Below, in pieces: positions 1 through 11,877 of a stretch of 34,172 bases of DNA (position 1 is the stretch's first letter; every line of letters begins with the position of its first letter). The stretch comes from a virus, in the UHGV virus genome UHGV-2104448; one strand, 5' to 3'. Position numbers and translations under genes: made by a program. The notes below the pieces were generated by a model. The model worked only from the letters and a program-made list of their open reading frames with translations. It searched no databases and had not been told where the DNA came from.

Positions 1-423
1 TTACGTGGGTAGGATCACTCTGTTCGGACCACTGACAAGAGCATACTTATATTCATCATCCAGTTTGATTACATTATAGCCACCATAGAAGGGGCCAAAA
101 AACGAAACCTTCAACGCTGCAGTTTTAGTATCTCCAGTAAAGTATGCTTTACCTTCGCTCTCGCTCCATTTATTTTTCGTTGGATCGTATCCACGGTTAA
201 GTACACGAATCCCTCCGTCGTTCCGTTTTCCATAAGTAGCGCTGACCTGTTCCAGACCACGTTCGAACCGGTTCTCGAGGCGAGCTATTTCATACCATTT
301 TCCGAGGTAGCGGTTGGCGTCAAAATTTGTAATCGGCTGCACACCTTTAGGTGGTGTCGGGGCCTTACATGCTATAAGAGTGAAAGAGAGTGCAATGCCA
401 GTCAACACAGGCCATAACTTCAT
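1..423 (-). CDS. Lipocalin-family outer-membrane lipoprotein (Blc-like)
   Basis: 140-aa ORF with an N-terminal signal peptide and lipobox (LIAC). Lipocalin motifs are present: NFDANRYLGKWYEIARLENRFERG and KVSFFGPFYGGYNVI. Stop codon lies at positions 1-3. Shorter at the C-terminus than E. coli Blc as I recall it. Confidence 0.8.
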   Translation of the reverse strand: MKLWPVLTGIALSFTLIACKAPTPPKGVQPITNFDANRYLGKWYEIARLENRFERGLEQVSATYGKRNDGGIRVLNRGYDPTKNKWSESEGKAYFTGDTKTAALKVSFFGPFYGGYNVIKLDDEYKYALVSGPNRVILPT

Positions 424-615
424 AATAAATCCTGTACTTTTGATAGTTGAAAGTAAGTATGAAAGATAGATGATTACGACCGATCACTTAAAGAACTTTC
501 ATACTATATTAGGAATAGTCCATAACAGAAAAATTGTCAGTGATGACGCCAGAAAGGCAATTTATTCCGTGCACTACACAGTTTATCTGTTAATGAATTA
601 GTCAAGGGGGAGGAT

Positions 616-1575
616 ATGATAAAAAAACCTGTGATTGGAATCAGCGGTTGTTTGGCCGGTTCTGCTGTTCGTTTTGATGGTGGTCACAAAAGAGCTGACT
701 TTTTAATGGACAAATTAGTGGAATGGGTAACATTCAGACCAGTATGTCCGGAAATGGCTATAGGGCTGCCAGTTCCGCGTCCTGCTCTACGTCTTGTGCG
801 CTCGACGCAAGGAAATATACGGATGTGTTTCAGCCACGACCAGAATGAGGATGTGACAGAGAGAATGACAGAGTTTAGTCGTTCTTATATGGACAAATTA
901 AAGGATGTATCGGGGTTTGTGGTTTGTGCTAAATCTCCCAGCTGTGGCATGGAGCGCGTGCGTGTCTATGATGAAAATGGTAATCGAGGTCGTAAAGATG
1001 GAGTGGGACTATTTACGAGCACTTTGATGGAAAAGTTTTCCTGGCTACCGGTTGAAGAGGATGGGCGATTACATGATCCAGTGCTTCGTGAGAATTTTGT
1101 TGAAAGAGTTTTTGCTTTGCATGAACTCAATCACCTTTACAAGGAGAGATTATCAAGAAGAGAGTTATTAGCTTTTCATAGTCGTTATAAGCTTCAGTTG
1201 TTGGCGCATAGTCAGGCAGGCTATAAAGATATGGGACCATTTGTGGCTGCAATACACGAGTGGGCGGACCTTGAATCATACTTTGAGGTGTATCGTGATA
1301 AGCTGATGGCGATTCTCAGAAAACCTGCATCACGTAAAAATCACACGAATGTACTGATGCATATACAGGGGTATTTTAGTAACTACTTAAGTACACGCCA
1401 GCGTAAAGAGTTGAGCGAGGTTATACTTAACTATCGTTCTGGCACATTGCCTCTTCTTGCGCCGTTGACTCTGCTGAAGCATTATCTGGGTGAGTATCCT
1501 AATGATTACTTGCTTACACAGAATTACTTCGATCCCTATCCGGAAGAACTGGCTTTAAGGCTGATGGTGAATTAA
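616..1575 (+). CDS. DUF523 (TudS-like, putative 4Fe-4S) / DUF1722 two-domain protein, YbgA-like
   Basis: 319 aa with a strong RBS (AAGGGGGAGG) upstream. Cysteines at residues 12, 44 and 104 match the spacing of the three cluster-ligating cysteines of the DUF523/TudS family. The C-terminal half resembles DUF1722. Family assignment is from motif recall only. Confidence 0.6.
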   Translation: MIKKPVIGISGCLAGSAVRFDGGHKRADFLMDKLVEWVTFRPVCPEMAIGLPVPRPALRLVRSTQGNIRMCFSHDQNEDVTERMTEFSRSYMDKLKDVSGFVVCAKSPSCGMERVRVYDENGNRGRKDGVGLFTSTLMEKFSWLPVEEDGRLHDPVLRENFVERVFALHELNHLYKERLSRRELLAFHSRYKLQLLAHSQAGYKDMGPFVAAIHEWADLESYFEVYRDKLMAILRKPASRKNHTNVLMHIQGYFSNYLSTRQRKELSEVILNYRSGTLPLLAPLTLLKHYLGEYPNDYLLTQNYFDPYPEELALRLMVN

Positions 1576-2054
1576 CTGTATGCGATATCATCTGAAAGTG
1601 ATGAGTTCCTGCATGCAGGATATTTACAATCGTAAAAACTACACTATGATACCCATAGTGTCAGTTTGTATAAAAATCCTGTTCACGCTGAAGAAAATAT
1701 TGAGATGCAATTTAATGTTGGTAAATATACCAGCCCCAAAATATTTTATTCAATCTGTTTTTATATAAAGATATTTCAAGTGAATATTAAGAGCATATAA
1801 TATTATTATTGCACGCAGCTATTATAATATAACAGATTAGTTTAATGATTTTTTGCGAGTTAAACACATGCTTTTATAGTTGTGATGCAATGAGATTTTC
1901 CTTATTGTTGAACTGGCGAATATTGATTATCCACCTATACTTACCTGGTGTAACCCCAATGATATCAGGTGGATAATATGCCATACATATGTTCTATGGT
2001 GATGCCTCTAATTAGTTGAATCTGATGTATAATACGGGCTTTTGAGGTTATCTC

Positions 2055-2327
2055 ATGGCCAGAGTTAATATTCATTGTCCCCGTTGTCAGTCAGCTCAGG
2101 TTTACCGCCATGGTCAGAACCCTAAAGGCCGTGACAGATTTCGCTGCCGTGACTGCCACCGTGTGTTTCAGCTCACTTATACTTATCAAGCACGTAAGCC
2201 GGGTATGAAAGAGCTGATAACTGAAATGGCCTTTAATGGTGCCGGGGTTCGCGATACCGCCAGGACAATGAAAATTGGTATTAACACCGTCATCCGGACT
2301 TTAAAAAACTCGCGCCAAAGCGAATAA
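2055..2327 (+). CDS. insA: IS1-family InsA (transposition repressor / N-terminal part of InsAB')
   Basis: 90 aa with a CPRC...CRDC zinc finger and an HTH. About 50% similar to classical IS1 InsA by recall, so a divergent IS1 relative. Confidence 0.85.
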   Translation: MARVNIHCPRCQSAQVYRHGQNPKGRDRFRCRDCHRVFQLTYTYQARKPGMKELITEMAFNGAGVRDTARTMKIGINTVIRTLKNSRQSE

Positions 2328-2749
2328 CTTCTTCGCCTGTTGCCCATGCTGATGTGGCGCTTATCTGCGAGCTTGATGAGCAATAGAGCTACGTTGGCAG
2401 TAAAGCCCGGCAACACTGGCTCTGGTACGCGTACAACACCAAAACAGGCGGTGTACTGGCCTACACTTTTGGTCCCCGAACCGATCAAACGTGCCGGGAG
2501 CTACTGGCACTGCTTACACCCTTCAACATCGGCATGCTGACCAGCGATGACTGGGGCAGCTATGGCCGGGAGGTGCCGAAGAATAAGCATCTGACCGGCA
2601 AAATATTCACCCAACGCATTGAGCGTAATAATCTGACGCTACGCACCCGCATTAAGCGGTTGGCTCGTAAAATAATCTGCTTCTCACGCTCAGTTGAGAT
2701 CCACGAAAAAGTGATCGGAGCGTTTATCGAAAAACACATGTTCTACTAA
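2303..2749 (+). pseudogene. insB: IS1-family insB transposase frame interrupted by an in-frame amber codon
   Basis: The -1 frame relative to insA, entered at the A6C motif, reads ...HADVALICELDEQ*SYVGSKARQHWLWYAYN... The TAG at 2384-2386 replaces the conserved Trp of the DEQW motif. The remainder, to the stop at 2747-2749, is InsB-like. Confidence 0.75.
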
Positions 2750-2768
2750 TTGGATGCACTACCATCAC

Positions 2769-3145
2769 TTGCATGTCTTGCTATCTTATCTTCAGAGAAA
2801 ATAGTGCAAAGGTTTTTATTTGGGTGTCTTAATAGTTTAGGAAGTAAAGTTAAGGCTATTATCCACAAGGATATATCTGCAACATGGAGACTTTGTGATA
2901 TATCTTCAAGACTGTGCCTGAGTGAAAGTTTGTTAAAAAGAAAATTAAAACACGAAGGCTTATCATTTGGTAAACTAAATCTTGAAGAGCGAATGGTGAT
3001 GGCGGAAAGCTTATTAAGCTACAATTTATATTCTGTTGGGAAAGTTGCTGAGATATGCGGTTATGAAAATACGTCATATTTTGTAAGTGTTTTCAGAAGA
3101 TATTTTGGTGTTCCTCTCCACAAATATTCATCAAGATTTTTTTAG
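2769..3145 (+). pseudogene. AraC-family regulator, C-terminal HTH domain only (5' part replaced by the IS1 element)
   Basis: The ORF translation carries a typical AraC/XylS HTH (…ERMVMAESLL…VGKVAEICGYENTSYFVSVFRRYFGVPLHKY), similar to the AppY/EnvY group. The reading frame runs into the IS1 right end, and no N-terminal domain was recognised. Confidence 0.7.
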
Positions 3146-3223
3146 AAAAACACATGATGTAACGTGATGCGATTTAATGATTTTGTAATTTTCGTATTTG
3201 ATAATTTTATGATGCTTTCAGCT

Positions 3224-3255
3224 ACGCCAGAATAATCGCTGGCGTTTTTCTTTTT
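3224..3255 (+). terminator. Intrinsic terminator-like hairpin between the AraC fragment and the holin
   Basis: 7-bp stem ACGCCAG / CTGGCGT with an 8-nt loop, followed by TTTTTCTTTTT. Confidence 0.5.
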
Positions 3256-3351
3256 GAATAGATGTTCAGGCCTTACGCTAATGTAACTTCTATACCTTTC
3301 CCTCTTCGTTCCGAACCGTGTATACCATCCGTTATTTGCGGAGGTGAGGCT

Positions 3352-3567
3352 ATGAAATCCATGGACAAGTTAACAACGGGCATTGCCTACGGCACCTCCG
3401 CAGGCAGTGCTGGCTACTGGTTTTTACAGTGGCTTGATCAGGTCAGTCCATCACAGTGGGCTGCTATTGGTGTGCTGGGAAGTCTGGTTCTGGGCTTTCT
3501 GACTTACCTGACGAATCTGTACTTCAAAATAAGAGAAGACAAGCGTAAAGCTGCGCGGGGAGAGTAA
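3352..3567 (+). CDS. essQ: Class II holin (pinholin, S21-like) with dual-start motif
   Basis: 71 aa, [71 protein letters not shown], closely matching phage 21 S21 as I recall it. Two start codons (Met1-Lys-Ser-Met4) preceded by the RBS GGAGGTGAGG. The upstream extension to 3262 in the ORF track is probably not translated. Confidence 0.85.
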   Translation: MKSMDKLTTGIAYGTSAGSAGYWFLQWLDQVSPSQWAAIGVLGSLVLGFLTYLTNLYFKIREDKRKAARGE

Positions 3568-3571
3568 TTCA

Positions 3572-3886
3572 ATGACTCAAAACTATGAACTGATTGTGAA
3601 AGGGATCCGCAATTTTGAGAATAAAGTTACGGTAATCTTAACGTTACAGGACAAAGAACGTTTTGCCGGTGAAATTTTTGACCTGGACATCTCGCTGGAC
3701 CGTGTTGAAGGTGCCGCGCTGGAGTTTTGTGAGGCAGTTGCCAGAAGGAGCATCAGACAGGTCTTCCTGGATGTTGCTGCCGGGTTATGTGAAGGGGACG
3801 AGCTGTTGCCAGAAACGCGACCCTGTTCAGAGGCTCGGTATACCATAAAAATTAACAGTTCAGATAACTCGATTACGGGTTGTTAG
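3572..3886 (+). CDS. ydfR: DUF1327-family protein (YdfR-like), inserted between holin and endolysin
   Basis: 104-aa ORF occupying the position of ydfR in the Qin-type lysis cassette. No functional motif recognised. Confidence 0.65.
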   Translation: MTQNYELIVKGIRNFENKVTVILTLQDKERFAGEIFDLDISLDRVEGAALEFCEAVARRSIRQVFLDVAAGLCEGDELLPETRPCSEARYTIKINSSDNSITGC

Positions 3887-3941
3887 CTTTTTGCAGTTGG
3901 CTTTCCAGTATCTTTCATTGGTAGCATCCTGATAAATATCC

Positions 3942-4969
<1,028 letters not shown>

Positions 4970-5330
4970 GGTAATATTAAATCGGAACATTTACATCGCG
5001 GAATGTAAAATTTAAATAAAAAGGACTCTTCCATGAGCCAAAATTCCTGAAATCTTAAGGGTAAGATAAAAGGTCTTAATCAGAATGACACGTTTTATTA
5101 ATAAATAAAGCTATTCTTTCATTGCTGTGTTTTTCTTTACAAAAGTAATCCTTGCTATGGGTGGTTAATCATGCGTTAATGGTGTTCTGGTTTGTTACAA
5201 ATTTATCTGAAGCAGTCATTGTTATAATTTTATTATTTGTACCTCTTGAGATTTCCTTGTTGGTTTTTCTCTCTGATATTTTTTTCGGACCATTCTGCCC
5301 AAGGGCTAATTTCTTCAAAAGGTAATAATT

Positions 5331-5543
5331 ATGTCTAACAAAATGACTGGTTTAGTGAAATGGTTTAACCCTGAAAAAGGTTTTGGTTTCATCACGCCGA
5401 AAGATGGCAGCAAAGATGTGTTTGTCCATTTCTCAGCAATTCAGAGCAACGATTTCAAAACATTAACTGAGAATCAGGAAGTTGAATTTGGTATTGAGAA
5501 CGGACCTAAAGGTCCTGCCGCTGTTCATGTAGTGGCGCTTTGA
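5331..5543 (+). CDS. cspI: CspA-family cold-shock protein
   Basis: 70 aa with RNP1/RNP2 motifs (KGFGFI, VFVHF). Preceded by a roughly 350-bp AT-rich leader. Paralog assignment is by position after Rz, as in Qin. Confidence 0.8.
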   Translation: MSNKMTGLVKWFNPEKGFGFITPKDGSKDVFVHFSAIQSNDFKTLTENQEVEFGIENGPKGPAAVHVVAL

Positions 5544-5747
5544 GGTAGACAATATTACAAACCATATTCACTTTAGATGCCCGTGTTGTCATGGTTCCCA
5601 GTATAGAACATCATCTTTTGATGTTTCTGACATGAATCCTTTCGGGGCAAAATGTATCTTTTGTAAATCAATGATGATTACATTTGATAATATTTCACAA
5701 TACTTAAATGCCAGCCGTCTGTCGTTGGATTTAAAAAAGTGAAAATG

Positions 5748-5771
5748 AAGGCTCCTTCGGGAGCTTTTTTG
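5748..5771 (+). terminator. Intrinsic terminator (GGCUCC-UUCG-GGAGC stem plus U-run)
   Basis: Stable tetraloop hairpin followed by TTTTTT, about 200 bp downstream of the cspI stop. Confidence 0.55.
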
Positions 5772-5816
5772 CTTGGTGTCTATTCGATGGATACTCACAT
5801 ACTACGGTAACATCAT

Positions 5817-6045
5817 GAAAAAAATCATAGTTTTTTTTAACTCTGAACCAGCAGTGGTAGTGCCAGCGATGACTGGAGTTAACACCATCATGCGTGAATA
5901 TCCAAATGGCGAAAAAACACACCTTACTGTAATGGCCGCAGGGTTTCCATCTCTGACCGGAGATCATAAAGTCATTTATGTAGCCGCGGATCGACATGTT
6001 ACTTCAGAAGAAATTCTGGAAGCAGCAATAAGGCTCTTGAGTTGA
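5817..6045 (+). CDS. Small hypothetical protein (position of ynfN in Qin-type prophages)
   Basis: ORF beginning MKKIIVFFNSEPAVVVP… (start chosen at an internal Met of the 5773..6045 ORF). No recognisable domain. Confidence 0.4.
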
Positions 6046-6213
6046 TTTGATGCTATTGCATTGATAATTCAGGAAAATTCTCTTTGTCTGTTTGTGTAAA
6101 ATTTAGACTATCGTATGTTGATTATTGCGATGTTTCATCTTATCTTTTACACGTTTGCACCATATAATCGACTTACTGTGTAACTGGAAAGTCATAACAG
6201 ACTAAAAGAGGAA

Positions 6214-6390
6214 ATGATGAATATTGAAAACTTAAAAACAAAAGCAGAAGCAGATATTTCTGAATATATAACAAAAAAAATTATTGAACTTAAGAAAAAG
6301 ACCGGGAAAGAAGTTACCAGTATTCAGTTTACCGCACGGGAAAAAATGACGGGTCTTGAAAGCTATGATGTCAAGATTAATTTAATCTGA
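6214..6390 (+). CDS. gnsB: GnsA/GnsB-family small protein
   Basis: 58 aa, MMNIENLKTKAEADISEYITKKIIELKKKTGKEVTSIQFTAREKMTGLESYDVKINLI, with RBS AAAAGAGGAA. Below the ORF-track size cut-off; found by reading the DNA. Confidence 0.7.
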   Translation: MMNIENLKTKAEADISEYITKKIIELKKKTGKEVTSIQFTAREKMTGLESYDVKINLI

Positions 6391-6534
6391 TGTATTCAAT
6401 AATAAAATTTATCCATAAACCTCGTTTTTACGGGGTTTTGTTATATTTGAATGGTTCCGAATATCTAAATCACAATTGTTGATGGTTTTTATTAAATCAA
6501 TGCAGTCCGGCTCAGGAGTGAGAGAAGCCGGACG

Positions 6535-6966
6535 TTATGGTTTAGCGTGGTAAGATCTGTGTAGTTTTCTGGATGCTTTCAGTAAATAGTAATGAATTAT
6601 AAAGGTATAGTAATATCTTTTTTGTTCGTGGATATTTGTAACCCACCGAAAAACTCCTGCTTTAGCAAGGTTTCTTCTGTATTCCTGAAATGTGATCTCT
6701 CTGGATTTCAGCTTATTAGAGGTCGTTTCTATAAGATGCCTATCCTTTGAAAATTTGACAGACACAATGTTTTTTAGGCCCTTTAATAACACTGTATTAT
6801 CATTTTTTAATACAATATGAACATTCTCTGTGGCTAAATAGTAAATGTAATGTGAGACATTGTGACGTTTTAGCTCAGAATAAAACCATTGATAGTTTAA
6901 ATCGTTTCGAACTTTATCAAATATTTGTTTAAAAATGACTACCTGATCCATAGATAAACCTTCCAT
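6535..6966 (-). CDS. ydfO: DUF1398-family protein (YdfO-like)
   Basis: 143-aa ORF antisense to the flanking late genes. Matches the YdfO/YbcV family by recall. The true start may be the internal Met of MDQVVIF. Confidence 0.7.
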
Positions 6967-7008
6967 GTGATATGAGGGGGCGTAGTCTGCACGATTATCT
7001 AAATTGCT

Positions 7009-7242
7009 TCAATCTGGTCTGACCTGTTTTCTGAGCAATTCAGTAATGTCACTCTTTTCTTTGTTTGCTTCAGAAGAAACTCTTTTTTCTGAGCACAGTC
7101 TCCGGCGGCAGGCTTCAATGACCCAGGCTGAGAAATTCCCGGACCCTTTTTGCTCAAGAGCGATGTTAATTTGTTCAATCATTTGGTTAGGAAAGCGGAT
7201 GTTGCGGGTTGTTGTTCTGCGGGTTCTGTTCTTCGTTGACAT
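7009..7242 (-). CDS. ynfO: Small ribbon-helix-helix-like protein (DUF3950, YnfO/YlcI-like)
   Basis: 77 aa. The segment RNIRFPNQMIEQINIALEQKGSGNFSAWVIEACRRRL fits a beta-strand, helix, G-x-S/N turn, helix (RHH) pattern. Lies immediately upstream of ydfO on the same strand. Confidence 0.6.
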   Translation of the reverse strand: MSTKNRTRRTTTRNIRFPNQMIEQINIALEQKGSGNFSAWVIEACRRRLCSEKRVSSEANKEKSDITELLRKQVRPD

Positions 7243-7389
7243 GAGGTTGTCCCGTATTCAGTGTCGCTGATTTGTATTGTCTGAAGTTGTTTTTACGTTA
7301 AGTTGATGCAGATCAATTAATACGATATCTGCGTCATAATTGATTATTTGACGTGGTTTGATTGCGTAGATGCACGTTGTGACATGCAG

Positions 7390-7625
7390 ATGATAATTAT
7401 TATCATTTTGTGGGTCCTTTCCGGCGATCCGACAGGTTACGGGGCGGCGACCTCGCGGGTTTTCGCTATTTATGAAAATTTTCCGGTTTAAGGCATTTCC
7501 GTTCTTCTTCGTCGTAACTTAATGTTTTTATTTAAAATACCCCCTGAAAAGAAAGGAAACGACAGGTGCTGAAAACGAGCTTTTGGGCCTCTGTCGTTTC
7601 CTTTCTCTGTTTTTGGCCGTGGAAT
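7390..7625 (+). other. Lambda-type cos site (cosQ, cosN, cosB)
   Basis: GGGCGGCGACCT at 7442-7453 is the lambda 12-nt cohesive end, preceded by …CCGACAGGTTACG (lambda right end). Inverted Nu1-binding R-site-like elements lie at 7551-7565 (GAAAGGAAACGACAG) and 7591-7605 (CTGTCGTTTCCTTTC), just upstream of the Nu1 start. Confidence 0.8.
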
Positions 7626-7630
7626 GAACA

Positions 7631-8150
7631 ATGGAAGTCAACAAAAAGCAGCTGGCTGACATTTTCGGTGCGAGTATCCGTACCATTCAGAACTGGCAGG
7701 AACAGGGAATGCCCGTTCTGCGAGGCGGTGGCAAGGGTAATGAGGTGCTTTATGACTCTGCCGCCGTTATAAGATGGTATGCCGAAAGGGATGCTGAAAT
7801 TGAGAACGAAAAGCTGCGCCGGGAAGTTGAAGAACTGCGGCAGGCCAGCGAGACAGATCTCCAGCCAGGGACTATTGAGTACGAACGCCATCGACTTACG
7901 CGTGCGCAGGCCGACGCACAGGAGCTGAAAAATGCCAGAGACTCCGCTGAAGTGGTGGAAACCGCATTCTGTACTTTCGTGCTGTCGCGGATCGCAGGTG
8001 AAATTGCCAGTATTCTCGACGGGATCCCCCTGTCGGTGCAGCGGCGTTTTCCGGAACTGGAAAACCGACATGTTGATTTCCTGAAACGGGATATCATCAA
8101 AGCCATGAACAAAGCAGCCGCGCTGGATGAACTGATACCGGGGTTGCTGA

Positions 8151-8176
<26 letters not shown>
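7631..8176 (+). CDS. nu1: Terminase small subunit (Nu1)
   Basis: 181 aa, MEVNKKQLADIFGASIRTIQNWQEQGMPVLRGGGKGNEVLYDSAAV…, near-identical to lambda Nu1 as recalled, including the N-terminal HTH. Confidence 0.9.

Positions 8177-11857
<3,681 letters not shown>

Positions 11858-11877
<20 letters not shown>

Larger units (their letters stand above)
1998..2768 (+). mobile_element. IS1-family insertion sequence (about 771 bp)
   Basis: Contains an InsA-like zinc-finger/HTH ORF, an InsB-like transposase frame, and the A6C frameshift motif TTAAAAAAC at 2301-2309. Terminal GGTGATGCC-like inverted repeats. insA begins about 57 nt from the left end and the insB stop is about 19 nt from the right end, as in classical IS1. 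Ends are accurate to a few bp only. Confidence 0.8.

Noticed and set aside
1580-1768. 62-aa ORF in the AT-rich region between the DUF523 gene and IS1
   Set aside because: AT-rich low-complexity translation with no RBS or motif. I also looked here for the missing N-terminus of the AraC-like gene and did not find one.
3224-3255. Possibility that this hairpin is the late terminator tR'
   Set aside because: tR' should lie shortly downstream of the Q-dependent promoter, but no Q gene or promoter is recognisable in the window and the hairpin follows a cargo gene fragment. Treated as a cargo-gene terminator instead.
3262-3351. N-terminal 30-codon extension of the holin ORF in the ORF track
   Set aside because: The RBS and the dual-start Met-Lys-Ser-Met motif sit at 3352, and the 71-aa product matches pinholin length.
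4990-5015. 7-bp inverted repeat TTTACAT / ATGTAAA after Rz
   Set aside because: Short, AT-only, no downstream U-run; expected by chance in AT-rich DNA.
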